DNA of 64,000 nucleotides from an uncultured Dehalococcoidia bacterium. Its GTDB lineage: Bacteria; Chloroflexota; Dehalococcoidia; Lucifugimonadales; UBA2962. Positions 1 through 9,978 of this stretch are shown one piece after another (position 1 is the stretch's first letter; each line of letters starts with the position of its first letter). The stretch lies in NCBI GenBank assembly GCA_964477845.1, contig CAYZES010000008.1, positions 3,749 through 67,748 of the forward strand. The letters are read 5' to 3'. The translations under genes and the position numbers were made by a program. The notes beneath the pieces are model-generated. The model did no database searches and was not told where the DNA came from. It saw only the letters and a list, made by a program, of their open reading frames with translations.

Positions 1-26
1 GATCCGGTCCGCCGCTGCGGGCCACG

Positions 27-57
27 CCCCGAGGTGTTACTCGGGGCTTTCTTGTTT
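27..57 (+). terminator. GC stem-loop plus T-rich run upstream of rplJ. Either the intrinsic terminator of the upstream gene or an L10-leader attenuator.
   Basis: ccccgag (27-33) pairs with ctcgggg (40-46), with a 6-nt loop, followed by ctttcttgttt. It lies 39 nt before the rplJ ATG. Confidence 0.4.
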
Positions 58-95
58 CAGGCATCGGACATCGGACAGTAATACGGGGAATACCC

Positions 96-626
96 ATGCC
101 CACCGAAAGAAAAGAGCGGGAAGTCACCGCCCTCAAAAAGCACATATCGGAGAGCACCATCGCTATCGCCGCGGATTACTCCGGCATGTCGGTAGGAGAC
201 ATGACGGCCCTGAGACGGGCGCTGCGCGGCCAGGGCGTCGATTTCAGGGTCGTCAAGAACACCCTCACCTACATCGCCGCCGACTCGGTGAACAGGCCGC
301 AGCTCAAGGAGATCGTCAGCGGGCCTACCGGGATCGCCTTTGGGTACGGCGAGGTGGTGGATCCGGCCAAGGTTCTTACCGGCTTCATACGTGATAACCG
401 GAGCGTCATGAAGGTTCGCGGGGCGGTGATGGGCGAACGCGTGCTGGATGCCGACCAGGTGGAGGCCCTGGGCAGGCTGCCTTCGAAGGATGTCCTGATC
501 GCGCGGTTGGCTGGCCAGCTGCAGGGGGGCATTGCGGGCCTGGCCTTCGTCCTCAACGCACCCGTGGCCGGCCTGGCGACGGTACTAAAGAGACACGTAG
601 AGGCCAGTGGCGCCGATCCTGCATGA
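96..626 (+). CDS. rplJ: 50S ribosomal protein L10
   Basis: 176-aa ORF with an L10-like sequence (ADYSGMSVGDMTALRRALR, FRVVKNTL). It sits immediately upstream of rplL, the canonical pairing. Confidence 0.95.
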   Translation: MPTERKEREVTALKKHISESTIAIAADYSGMSVGDMTALRRALRGQGVDFRVVKNTLTYIAADSVNRPQLKEIVSGPTGIAFGYGEVVDPAKVLTGFIRDNRSVMKVRGAVMGERVLDADQVEALGRLPSKDVLIARLAGQLQGGIAGLAFVLNAPVAGLATVLKRHVEASGADPA

Positions 627-713
627 GCGAGACGAGCGCGGGGATCCGCCTAGTATTTAGAGGGCATAGCGCAAACAAGGAGCGATCGACCACCGAGTGG
701 AGGTGAACCGGAA

Positions 714-1097
714 ATGACGAAGACAGAGATTCTCGACGCGATCAAGGAGATGTCGGTCCTGGAGCTTTCCGAGCTGGTTAAGGACCTTGAGGAGACCTTT
801 GGGGTGAGCGCTGCGGCACCGGTCGCAGTCGCGGCGCCTGCGGCCGCAGGCGACGGCGCTGCCGGGGCCGCAGCAGAAGAGGAGCAGACGGAGTTCAACG
901 TCACCCTGGAGGAGATAGGCCCGAACAAGATCAAGGTGATCAAGGCGGTCAGGGAGTTGACCACCCTGGGTCTCAAGGAGGCCAAGGAACTCGTCGAGAG
1001 CGCTCCCGCCACCGTCAAGGAAGGCGTGGGCAAAGACGATGCCGGGGCCGCCAAGGAAAAGCTCGAGGAAGCCGGGGCCAAGGCAGCCGTCTCCTAG
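714..1097 (+). CDS. rplL: 50S ribosomal protein L7/L12
   Basis: 127 aa. N-terminal [31 protein letters not shown], an Ala/Pro-rich hinge, and C-terminal [26 protein letters not shown] ggaggtga lies 7 nt upstream. Confidence 0.97.
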   Translation: MTKTEILDAIKEMSVLELSELVKDLEETFGVSAAAPVAVAAPAAAGDGAAGAAAEEEQTEFNVTLEEIGPNKIKVIKAVRELTTLGLKEAKELVESAPATVKEGVGKDDAGAAKEKLEEAGAKAAVS

Positions 1098-1160
1098 GGA
1101 GTCTTACCTACTTCGAACTGGCCGCAGCACCGGTCCGGGTCACCGGCCACCCTGGTCCGC

Positions 1161-2435
1161 CTAGGCACCTTCCGCCAGGTAGGGAACCGTCTGTGGACCC
1201 TCCGGCAGCACGCATACGCGTGATCCCGGCCCGTGTCTTTTCAGTGCGCTGGCCACCGTTGCCGCAACATCGTCCGTTGCCTTGAGGTGGGCCGCTCTCA
1301 CCTGGTCGGCGGTAAGGAACGAGGACCTAAGGAATACCTCGGCCCTCATCTGCACCTTGGCCTGAATCTGCACCTGCCACTGGTCGTGGGTCGTTTCGGG
1401 CGTCGACTCGATCTGCCTTAGCAGCTGACCGGGCGACTTGCCATCGCGAAGGATGCGCCCGTACTCGCCGTGGTCGGGTATGCCGTCGCGGCACTCTGCG
1501 GCGCAGATGATCGTGCCTCCCTCCCGCACGACCTCGGCGGCGGCGGACATCCCCTTGACCGCCTGGTAAAGGTTCTGATCGAGGGGATAGCCCGAGTTGG
1601 TGGTCACCACCACTTCGAAGGGTCTATCCACGGGCCGCATCACCGTTCTCCGCGCCGCCTCGCAGGCGGCGGCGTGGACCTGGAACATCTCGCCCGCGTA
1701 GGCGGCGGTTATGCGCATGTCCCTGTTGATCGTGACATCCAGGGAGAAATCGACGCCGGTCATCGCCGCTATCTCGCGGACAGAATCGTGCACCGGGTTG
1801 CCGTCTGTGATGCCCCAGGTCGCCCTCGGGCTGCCGATGCGGGCTGCGTTGTGAAGGTGCATGGTGGTGCCGAACCCCGCAAGGCCCGGCGCAACCATCT
1901 TGGGTCCGCCGGAAAAGCCCGCGAAGAAGTGAGGCTCAACCAGCCCGAGCGTGATTCGGACATCCGCGTCCAGCCAGCGGCGGTTCAGCAGGACCGGTAT
2001 GCCGTCGGAGGTCCGGCCCGTCATCTCCAGGCCGCCTTCGTCAAAGGCATCGTGATTGACCACGGGGTAGCAGTCGACAACGTCGGAACCCAGCATGGAG
2101 GTCAGCTCTTCCAGAGTGTTGGCCCGGTGGGTTCCCGTGGCGATGAGCACGGTGATGCTCTCGCGTGGAACGCGACTCAGTTCCCGGAGGATGGCGGGCA
2201 GCATCAGCCGCGTGGGTGCGGGCCTGGTCACATCGCAGACCGAAATCGCCACGGTCTGTCCCTCCGAGACGAGCTGGCGCAGGGGCCTCGTGCCGAGGGG
2301 ATTGCGAATAGCCGTCCTCAGGGCCCCTCCCTCGTCCGGGAGGCTCGGTATGTACCGCGGTTCGACGACCGTTGTCAGGCCGTCTGGGAAATCGACGTCG
2401 ATGCCGTCATCGCCGTAGGCGAGCTTTACTCTCAC
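1161..2435 (-). CDS. LarA-family (nickel-pincer-dependent lactate racemase-like) 2-hydroxyacid racemase/epimerase homolog
   Basis: 424 aa with LarA-type motifs IATGTHR, EPHFFAGFSGGPK and NLYQAVKG. Substrate cannot be inferred. Confidence 0.85.
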   Translation of the reverse strand: MRVKLAYGDDGIDVDFPDGLTTVVEPRYIPSLPDEGGALRTAIRNPLGTRPLRQLVSEGQTVAISVCDVTRPAPTRLMLPAILRELSRVPRESITVLIATGTHRANTLEELTSMLGSDVVDCYPVVNHDAFDEGGLEMTGRTSDGIPVLLNRRWLDADVRITLGLVEPHFFAGFSGGPKMVAPGLAGFGTTMHLHNAARIGSPRATWGITDGNPVHDSVREIAAMTGVDFSLDVTINRDMRITAAYAGEMFQVHAAACEAARRTVMRPVDRPFEVVVTTNSGYPLDQNLYQAVKGMSAAAEVVREGGTIICAAECRDGIPDHGEYGRILRDGKSPGQLLRQIESTPETTHDQWQVQIQAKVQMRAEVFLRSSFLTADQVRAAHLKATDDVAATVASALKRHGPGSRVCVLPEGPQTVPYLAEGA

Positions 2436-2441
2436 GCGCCG

Positions 2442-3536
2442 CTAGTCCTTGAGCAGGACCTCGCAGAAGTGTGCGGCTTCGACCAGCTCGGGTATCTTCA
2501 CGTGCTCCCGCACGGTGTGCATGCCGTTGTCGGCCATTCCGACCACTACCGAGGTGATGCCCCGCTGCCGGAAGATGTTGCCGTCGGTGCCACCGCCCGA
2601 TGCCTTCATCTGCGGCTGCAGACCGATTGCCCCCAGAGCCCGGGCAACGCGCCGGTAAGTGGGATCTTCTTCACCGAATTCGTAATGCTCGAACTCGGTG
2701 TGCATGTGCTGGTCCAGAACGGCCTCCGGATACATGATTCGGACGGTGTTCAGGGCCTCCGCTATCTCCAGTCCGATGTTGTCGATCGCCTCAAGGTCTT
2801 GGCTGCGGAACTCTCCGACGACCCTGGCGTTCTCAGGCACGGTGTTGCGCACACTTCCGCCCTCTATTAGCCCAATGTTAAAGGTCGTGTCCGCGCTCAG
2901 CCGGCCCTGGGGCAGCCGCGTTATCAGCTCTGCCGCCACCCTGATGGCGGAGATTCCCTTCTCGGGTTCGACCCCGGCGTGTGCCGCTCTCCCGGTGATC
3001 TCCACCGTGAATCCGACGTATGTGGGTGCCGCAACCGTGACGGTGCTTACCGGTCCCTCGCCGTCGAACACGACGGCTTCCCTGGCATGGATCTTGCTGT
3101 AGTCCAGGCTGCGAGCGCCGTGCAGGCCGGTCTCCTCCTCCCTGGTGAGCGCCACCTGATATGGCAGGTGGGATGTTCCGTCCTCCTTTAGCGACTCAAT
3201 CGCCTCAAGGACGGCCGCGACTCCGGCCTTGGCGTCGCCACCAACGATCGTGGTGCCATCGGATCGGATGACATCTTCATCTACGCGAGGCTGGATGCCG
3301 CGACCGGGTTCGACCGTATCCATGTGCACCGACAGCAGAAGCGGGACCTGGCCCCCGCCCGGATTTAAGTCGGGAGGGTTGGCTATCAGGTTTCCGTATC
3401 CATCGACCTCGACGGACAGGCCCAGGGCGTCAAGGCGTCGCGACAGGTCTTCGGCGATCTCATCCTCCTCCCCGGATATGCTGTCGATCCGAACGATGTC
3501 CATGAATGTATTTACGAGCCGGTCGCGGTTGATCAT
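2442..3536 (-). CDS. M20 family metallopeptidase (PepT/YqjE-like)
   Basis: 364 aa with metal-ligand motifs SVHMDTV, GGDAKAG and REEETGLHGA. Lies 6 nt upstream of the LarA-family gene on the same strand. Confidence 0.8.
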   Translation of the reverse strand: MINRDRLVNTFMDIVRIDSISGEEDEIAEDLSRRLDALGLSVEVDGYGNLIANPPDLNPGGGQVPLLLSVHMDTVEPGRGIQPRVDEDVIRSDGTTIVGGDAKAGVAAVLEAIESLKEDGTSHLPYQVALTREEETGLHGARSLDYSKIHAREAVVFDGEGPVSTVTVAAPTYVGFTVEITGRAAHAGVEPEKGISAIRVAAELITRLPQGRLSADTTFNIGLIEGGSVRNTVPENARVVGEFRSQDLEAIDNIGLEIAEALNTVRIMYPEAVLDQHMHTEFEHYEFGEEDPTYRRVARALGAIGLQPQMKASGGGTDGNIFRQRGITSVVVGMADNGMHTVREHVKIPELVEAAHFCEVLLKD

Positions 3537-3818
3537 GCATTTCCCTCGCCCAGAGCAGGAGCGGGGTCATTGTATTGGCGCCGATAAGGGTGTCAAGGAG
3601 GACCGCCGTCCGCCTAGGAGGCGGCCTTCGGAAACCCGCATTCCTGCGCTCTCAGGCCAGGACAATCTGGACGGAAATGCGCCGGACCCTTGTGTCCCAC
3701 CTAGCCTTCTATAAGATCGTCCTGCCCTCGGTCGTCGGAGATGGAAGCAGGAGGAGGTGGGATCTAACGCCACGATAAGGGGCCGAACTGCCGCGGCGAA
3801 GCTGACGGAGACGAATCC

Positions 3819-4919
3819 ATGAGAGACCGAGACCATACTTACCCATCCCATCCGTACCGCATGTACGGAGCCATCCACGCCCAGCCCTCTGCCATTGACC
3901 GGGTGCTTAAGGAGGAGGGCGAATCCGTGGGCAGGCTCGCTCGAAGAGCCGAGTCCGCCGCACGTGTGCATCTCGTGGGTATCGGTACCTCGTGGCACGC
4001 GGCACTGGTAGGTGAGTATCTTCTCCGCACCGCCGGCGGACTGGGTAACGTGCGGGCCTGGAACTCCTTCGAATTCAACGCCTACCGGCCAGAGTTGGGG
4101 GCAGGCGATCTCGTGATCGTGCTCAGCCACAGGGGGACAAAGCGCTACTCGGCTCTTGCGCTTGCCTCGGCCAGGTCTGCGGGAGCTGTGACCGCTGTTG
4201 TGACCGGCATCGGCTCCGCCGTGAAGGCGGATCTTGCGGACATAGTTGTTCGAACGTCCGAACCTGAGAACTCGGCGGCCTTTACGGTGAGCCACACGTC
4301 GGCCATGACGGCTCTGGCCATGCTGGCCGTTGAGATAGAGGCCGGGGCGGGTCCGCAGAGCGCGGGAGGGCTGGCCACCGAGCTGGGTTTTCTTCCCGGT
4401 CTGGTGGAGGAGTGCCTCAGGTTGGAACCCCGGGTGCGGGATTGGGTGGAGAGCGTCAATTCCGCCGAACGATTCTATTTTGCCGGTTGGGGACCCAACG
4501 TCGCCACGGCCTATGAGGTGGCGCTAAAGATCAAGGAAACAAGCTATCGAATGACGGAGGGATTCCAACTGGAGCAATATCTGCACGGCCCCTTCGTTGC
4601 GACCCACCCGGGCGTTGCCAGCACGTTCATCGTGCCGAGCGGTCCGGGCCGCTCAAGGTCAATGGATCTGATAGCCGCGGTAAACACCGTGGGAGGCCAT
4701 TCGGTCGCGCTCATCGGAGAGGGAGACAGCGAGATCGTTGAGCTGGCTGAGACCGCCCTGTCGCTTCCCCCGACGTGCGAGGCTCTAACGCCCATCATCT
4801 ATCTCGTGCCGCTTCAGCTATTCACCTACTGGCTCGCCGTGGAATCCGGGTCCAACCCGGATACTTTCCGATGGGACGACCCGCTCCACGACGCTGCCCG
4901 CGATCACTATCAGCTCTGA
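3819..4919 (+). CDS. Double SIS-domain sugar-phosphate isomerase/deglycase-like protein (GlmS isomerase-domain / FrlB-like)
   Basis: 366 aa. First SIS motif is VGIGTSWHAALVGEYLL; the second half has FYFAGWGPNVATAYEVALKIKE. No glutaminase domain. Confidence 0.8.
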   Translation: MRDRDHTYPSHPYRMYGAIHAQPSAIDRVLKEEGESVGRLARRAESAARVHLVGIGTSWHAALVGEYLLRTAGGLGNVRAWNSFEFNAYRPELGAGDLVIVLSHRGTKRYSALALASARSAGAVTAVVTGIGSAVKADLADIVVRTSEPENSAAFTVSHTSAMTALAMLAVEIEAGAGPQSAGGLATELGFLPGLVEECLRLEPRVRDWVESVNSAERFYFAGWGPNVATAYEVALKIKETSYRMTEGFQLEQYLHGPFVATHPGVASTFIVPSGPGRSRSMDLIAAVNTVGGHSVALIGEGDSEIVELAETALSLPPTCEALTPIIYLVPLQLFTYWLAVESGSNPDTFRWDDPLHDAARDHYQL

Positions 4920-5129
4920 GTCGGGAGTTTCCCTCCTGCACCGACATGTTCCGGTCGGGATCGAATGCGGTAAGGGCGCCCTATCGCCCGACAGCAAGTG
5001 GAATGCACCGGCGCCGGGGCGTCGCGTCTGTGCGCGACCTTGCCCACATAGTCTGCATCAGGCGGGAGAGTTCCGCATGGCGCTTACATGGACGCAATAT
5101 AATGGCGCCAGTTTTTCGAGGAGGCAGCT

Positions 5130-5435
5130 ATGGCAGTTCCCAAAGATGAACTCGGCGAGATCGCGACAAGAGTTATCTTCGAAAACGAAAGAGTGCGCAT
5201 CTGGAACCTGATAGTCGACCCGGGCGACTCAAGCGACTGGCACCTTCATCAGAACGACTACATCACCGTTGCAATCGAGGGTGAGGGTCTTCGCCTCGAG
5301 CTCGAGGACGGCACCTCCTCATGGGAAGAGCAGGAGCCAGGTAAACTCCAGTGGCACGGCGACCACAGGGTTCACAGAGTGGTCAATACCACGGACACCC
5401 GATATAAGAATGTCCTGGTGGAACTCCTGAGCTAG
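5130..5435 (+). CDS. Small cupin-like protein
   Basis: 101 aa, beta-rich, with His-containing stretches WHLHQNDY and WHGDHRVHRV. Weak family assignment. Confidence 0.5.
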   Translation: MAVPKDELGEIATRVIFENERVRIWNLIVDPGDSSDWHLHQNDYITVAIEGEGLRLELEDGTSSWEEQEPGKLQWHGDHRVHRVVNTTDTRYKNVLVELLS

Positions 5436-5491
5436 GTTCGCTCACCGTTGACCTCTAGATTCTGCATACACACCCCTGAAGGGGCCCCGTT

Positions 5492-6448
5492 GTGAACGTT
5501 GTAGTGATGGGCTCCGGGGCCGTAGGAGGGTATTTTGGCGCCCTGCTCGCCCGGGATGGACACGAGGTGCTGTTCGTCGCCAGGGGAGAACATGCAGAAG
5601 CCATGCGCAGACGGGGCCTAGCTATTGAGAGCACAACATCGGGCAATTTCACGGTCTCCGATCCGATTGTGACCGATCGGCCGGACCGCTCGTTTAAGGC
5701 TGACATGGTCCTGTTCTGCGTAAAGGGTTATTCGAACGAGGAGGCGGTCGGCCTGATCAGGCCGACGGTCCACGAAGATACCACCATACTCACGCTGCAG
5801 AACGGAGTCGGATCAGGCGACCTCCTTGCGATGGCATTCGGCCGGGATGCGGTGCTTCTGGGCGCAGCCTACGTGGAGGCATCAAGGGCGGGGCCGGGGT
5901 TAGTCGTCGAGCAGGGAGGCCTCTGCAGAATCGTGTTCGGGGAGGCCGATGGCAGCACCACAACTAGGGCGGTGGCAGTAGACGCCACCCTAAGGCACGC
6001 CGGCATTGAGACTGAACTGGCCGACGACGTTCTGGCGGCACTGTGGACGAAGCTCGTGTTCATCTGTGCGCTGAGCGGGATGCTGTGCATTACGCGCGAG
6101 CCCATGGCTCGCGTCCTCTCAACGCCTGAAACGCGCGAGCTGACCAGACGAGTGATGGACGAAGCCGCCACCGTTGCCCGATCGAAGGGCATAGCGATCG
6201 CCGATGACGTGGAGCTACAGCATCTCGATTTCTTCGACGAGCACAGCCAGGTCCTGTCCTCGTCGATGTATCTCGACCTGATCAACGGAAATCCCCTTGA
6301 GGTGGGTGTTCTCAATGGCGCCGTGTCCGCCGCAGGGCGAGAGGTGGGCATTGCGACGCCGGTCAACGATTTCATAGTGGCATGCCTGACGCCTTACGAT
6401 CGACGCGCCCGCGAGGCCAGGCGCCGGGCGACGGAATTAAATCCTTGA
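5492..6448 (+). CDS. 2-dehydropantoate 2-reductase family (ApbA/PanE) oxidoreductase
   Basis: 318 aa, GTG start. N-terminal Rossmann motif VVVMGSGAVGGYFGALLARDGHEV and an ApbA-like C-terminal half. Confidence 0.8.
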   Translation: MNVVVMGSGAVGGYFGALLARDGHEVLFVARGEHAEAMRRRGLAIESTTSGNFTVSDPIVTDRPDRSFKADMVLFCVKGYSNEEAVGLIRPTVHEDTTILTLQNGVGSGDLLAMAFGRDAVLLGAAYVEASRAGPGLVVEQGGLCRIVFGEADGSTTTRAVAVDATLRHAGIETELADDVLAALWTKLVFICALSGMLCITREPMARVLSTPETRELTRRVMDEAATVARSKGIAIADDVELQHLDFFDEHSQVLSSSMYLDLINGNPLEVGVLNGAVSAAGREVGIATPVNDFIVACLTPYDRRAREARRRATELNP

Positions 6449-6461
6449 CGCAGCATCTGAT

Positions 6462-6833
6462 TTGGAGCGTGAAATGTCTTATTTCTTTGACCTGAGGGAA
6501 ATCGGGCGCAAGGAGCTGGCGCCCGGTGTAACGGTCAAGCTGGTGTGGGGCGAAAAGATAATGATCTCCATGATCGAGATGGCCCCCTACGCCATCGTTC
6601 CCGTCCATTCCCACCCGCACGAGCAGGCGGGCATGGTGGTCCATGGCGAGTTCGACTTCACGATAGGTGGAGAGACCAAGAGGCTGGGGCCGAATGAGGG
6701 CTGGATGATTCCCGGGGGTGTCGAGCACAGCGTGCAGGGCCTGGATGGATGGTCCTTGGCGGTAGACCTGTTCAGCCCGCCGCGTGAAGAGTACAAGAAG
6801 CTGGTACTGGACTATTTCGCCGGCCGAATTTGA
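6462..6833 (+). CDS. Cupin domain protein
   Basis: 123 aa with cupin metal motifs HSHPHEQAGMVVHGE and GGVEHSV. Starts 13 nt after the preceding gene. Confidence 0.7.
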   Translation: MEREMSYFFDLREIGRKELAPGVTVKLVWGEKIMISMIEMAPYAIVPVHSHPHEQAGMVVHGEFDFTIGGETKRLGPNEGWMIPGGVEHSVQGLDGWSLAVDLFSPPREEYKKLVLDYFAGRI

Positions 6834-6889
6834 GGTAAGGCCCTCCGAATTGGCGTGGCTGTGAGTCTTCGCAGCTGCACTAGTCCCCT

Positions 6890-8323
6890 TTGAGTAGAAG
6901 TTCCTCACCCGCCGCCGGGCGGTCTCCAGCCCTGCGCAGCAAGTGGCTCGTGCTGTTGGTTGCGGCGCTCGGCAACCTGGTGCTGACCATTGACAGCGGC
7001 ATCATGGGAGTCTCGTACCCGGCCCTGGCGGACGCCTTCGAAACGGGCACGTCGACCGTCCTGTGGGTCTCGGTCGCCTTTTGGGTGACAGGGGTCGGCC
7101 TGGTGATGACGGTTGGGTGGCTGAGCGACGTTGGAGGACGGCGCCTTTCGTACACGCTGGGCTTTGTCCTTTACTCCCTGGCGCTGGGCCTGTCGGCGAT
7201 TACCGCAGAGCTCTGGCAGCTCATCGCCGCCCGCGTGTTCATGGGCCTCGGGTCGGCGATGATCCTCGCGGGCGTGAACGCGATAATCCTAGACAGGTTC
7301 GGGCCCCGTGAACGTGCCAAGGCGATCGGTATCGCCGGGGCCGTCGTCGGCATAGGGCTGACTACCGGGCCGCTGGCTGGTGGATGGCTGCTGGACGAAC
7401 TGGGTTGGCGGGCGCTGTTCTATACCAGGGTGCCCATATCGCTGGTGGCCGCAGGACTATCCTGGTGGGTGCTGGAGAGCCAGGAGAGAGACGGAAAGCG
7501 GGACTTTGCGGTCGACCGGCTGGGGGCTGTTGCCCTGTTTGCGGTCCTGGCCTCGTTCCTGATCATGGTCAACCGCGGAGCCGAGGATGGACTACTATCG
7601 CCCCTGGTCCTGGCGATGGCGGGTCTGCTGATCGTCTCGGTACCCGTGCTGGTTGTTTCACAGCGCAGGTCCGCGAGGCCAATCCTGGACTTCGGCCTGT
7701 TTCGCCGCCCTGGCTACGGCTTCGGCCTGGGGGTGCTCGTCTTTCACTACACGTCGCTGGGCGCGATCCTGCTGCTCGCACCTTTCTTTTTCATCGAGGC
7801 GCTGGGGTTCTCGGCGACCAAGATGGGCCTTTTCATCATGCTCCACACGCTCATGAGGGTGTTCCTAGCGCCTATGAGTGGCGCGCTGACCCACCGCGTC
7901 GGCGCATGGACGCTTTCCGGCATCGGACTGGCGGCGATGGTGGGGTCTCTGGCCTGGCTCAGCTTTCTCGCTGATTCAGGCTCGGAGCTGGCGATACTGG
8001 GCGCGCTGCTGCTGGCCGGCGTCGGCTCAGGACTGTATGAGCCGCCTAACACGACCACCATAATGGGATCGGTGCCAGCGGACCGCTATGGGACCGCCTC
8101 GGCGTCGATCGCATCGGGCCGCCAGCTATCCTTCTCGGTTGGGGTTGCGATAGCCGGCGCCATCTTCGCGGTGCGGGAAAGAGCATACCTGGGCGTATCG
8201 GAGGCCGCCGACCGGGCGATCGCCCTGGGCTTTTCTGATGCGCTCCTGTCAGGCGTGGTGCTCGCCAGCCTGGGAGTGCTGCTGAGCATCGCAGCTATCG
8301 CGTTCACGCGCCGGCGGACCTGA
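6890..8323 (+). CDS. MFS transporter (DHA2/EmrB-like, many TM segments)
   Basis: 477 aa, hydrophobic throughout, with an MFS-like loop motif GWLSDVGGRR. TTG start; exact start uncertain. Confidence 0.8.
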   Translation: MSRSSSPAAGRSPALRSKWLVLLVAALGNLVLTIDSGIMGVSYPALADAFETGTSTVLWVSVAFWVTGVGLVMTVGWLSDVGGRRLSYTLGFVLYSLALGLSAITAELWQLIAARVFMGLGSAMILAGVNAIILDRFGPRERAKAIGIAGAVVGIGLTTGPLAGGWLLDELGWRALFYTRVPISLVAAGLSWWVLESQERDGKRDFAVDRLGAVALFAVLASFLIMVNRGAEDGLLSPLVLAMAGLLIVSVPVLVVSQRRSARPILDFGLFRRPGYGFGLGVLVFHYTSLGAILLLAPFFFIEALGFSATKMGLFIMLHTLMRVFLAPMSGALTHRVGAWTLSGIGLAAMVGSLAWLSFLADSGSELAILGALLLAGVGSGLYEPPNTTTIMGSVPADRYGTASASIASGRQLSFSVGVAIAGAIFAVRERAYLGVSEAADRAIALGFSDALLSGVVLASLGVLLSIAAIAFTRRRT

Positions 8324-8447
8324 GAGCGATCCAGACTCCGCTCGACCGACCCCTCGTCCCGGTATATTGTTGTGGGGCCTTCCCCGCGGGTGATCCCCTA
8401 ACGCGCATCTGCCCCAAATGACCGGTGCAGGTGCGGAGCCTGCGCCT

Positions 8448-8915
8448 CTAGGACCCGAAGCGAACCTCGGAGACCGGGTCGGAGTACTCTACCCCCTTCG
8501 TGGCCCAGAAGATGGCCGCCACCTCGTCGACCGATGCCACCAGCTGCTTTGCGGCGTCCATGTCGACCGTCTGCTTGCACCGGCCGGCTAGCTTGAGAGT
8601 GTTCCAGACCTTTTCGTGAAGGTCCGGGTACTTTTCGACATGTTCGGGCTTAAAGTAGTCGGACCACAGAAGGCTTACTTCATCCTTGACGTGCTGTGCG
8701 TGTTCTTCTTTCACCGCCACGTAGCGGCTGAAGGAGTTTCCGGAAGACGCATCGCATGCGGCGTCGTCCAAGGCCTCGATGCGCATGACCATCTTCTGGA
8801 CCGTCTGAGCAGCGATCTTTGCGGCTATCGGGTCGTAGATGCCGCAGGGGATATCGCAGTGGGCGTGCACCTCCGATACGGTCAAGGCACGCCTCATAAG
8901 GGAGACTAAATGCAT
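8448..8915 (-). CDS. sodN: Nickel superoxide dismutase precursor
   Basis: Ni-hook HCDIPCGIYDP follows an 18-aa propeptide MHLVSLMRRALTVSEVHA. The start was moved to ATG 8915, which has SD ggaggagg about 9 nt upstream; the ORF-track start at 8969 has no SD. Confidence 0.93.
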   Translation of the reverse strand: MHLVSLMRRALTVSEVHAHCDIPCGIYDPIAAKIAAQTVQKMVMRIEALDDAACDASSGNSFSRYVAVKEEHAQHVKDEVSLLWSDYFKPEHVEKYPDLHEKVWNTLKLAGRCKQTVDMDAAKQLVASVDEVAAIFWATKGVEYSDPVSEVRFGS

Positions 8916-9051
8916 CTGTTCATTCCTCCTCCGGCGCTGCCGGCACCGGCGCTGTTTGGCTAGGGCCACGGTATCAGGGTCTTTTGCATCCCATCAAGGC
9001 CGCGCAGGGCGGCCCGGTCGTCCGGCTGGTACAGAGCCGATGGAGGTTTCC

Positions 9052-9756
9052 TCAGCGCCCGGCTACAAAGTCGAGCAGCGAGTCTGAGAAACGTTCGGGA
9101 AATTCCAGGTGGGGCGAGTGCCCGGCGGATTCGAAGATCTCAGCCGATGCGCCCGGTATGGCGGCAAGGACGCGCTCTGCATACCGGGAGGGGAAAAACA
9201 AATCCCCCGCGCCCCAGATGACCTTAGTATCGGCGGCTACGCAGGCGGACCTGAGAAGGCCGCGATCGTCGATCTCGATCTCGAGGTCGGGGTAGGGCAG
9301 CCGGGAAAGGGTCAGCCGATGGGCCGCCCAGTGCACGAGTCCGAGGATGAAGCCGCGCGCAGAGAGCCTGCCGAATCCCATCGGGGCTATCATCACCAGG
9401 CATCCGGTCCTCTCGGGACGCGAGCGCGCGACATCCAGCGCAACCCTACCTCCCAGCGAGTGCCCAACTAGGTGCGCGCTGTCGATGGCCAGGTCGTCCA
9501 TTGCGCAGATCACCGAGTCCGCCAGCCGGCGGTAAGTGTACCTGCCCCGGGGCCTGTCGCTGTCGCCAAAGCCGATCATGTCGACGGCCATCACAAGGTG
9601 TCTTTCCGACAGCAGGGAGGCGGCCCGCTGCCAATCTCGCCGCGAGCCGGTGCCGCCGTGCAAGAGCACGATGGGTTTGCCTTCGGAGCCTGTCACCGAG
9701 TATGCGACGCGGCTTCCATCGGGCAAAATGGCTGAACGGTAATCGACCTGGTCCAT
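9052..9756 (-). CDS. Alpha/beta-fold hydrolase
   Basis: 234 aa with oxyanion region LLHGGTGS and nucleophile elbow GHSLGG. Confidence 0.8.
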   Translation of the reverse strand: MDQVDYRSAILPDGSRVAYSVTGSEGKPIVLLHGGTGSRRDWQRAASLLSERHLVMAVDMIGFGDSDRPRGRYTYRRLADSVICAMDDLAIDSAHLVGHSLGGRVALDVARSRPERTGCLVMIAPMGFGRLSARGFILGLVHWAAHRLTLSRLPYPDLEIEIDDRGLLRSACVAADTKVIWGAGDLFFPSRYAERVLAAIPGASAEIFESAGHSPHLEFPERFSDSLLDFVAGR

Positions 9757-9978
9757 GGTCCAAGGGTAATGCTAACGGACAGGGGCAGCGGCTGCGGCGA
9801 TTTGACATCGCTGTGGCACGTCGGATCTAGTGGTGTCCCGTGATCCTGAACGAATTTCCAGTGGCCGGCCGCGATGCCGCAAATTGCCGGATCGTCGGTG
9901 GCGCTGATCACCGTGTACGCTGGCCAGCGGCATGTAAATTCGCGGGGACCAGCGGATAGATCGCAAGGAGGAGCCGCG

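Noticed and set aside
1470-2870. 466-aa plus-strand ORF spanning the region opposite the LarA-family and M20 genes
   Set aside because: It runs antisense across two well-supported genes and their junction. It is rich in R/G/H/P/A, as expected for a shadow frame in GC-rich DNA, and has no recognisable motifs.
3567-4295. 242-aa minus-strand ORF across the M20/SIS divergent region
   Set aside because: It overlaps the 5' half of the well-supported SIS gene in antisense, and its sequence is low-complexity and Arg/Gly/Ser-rich.
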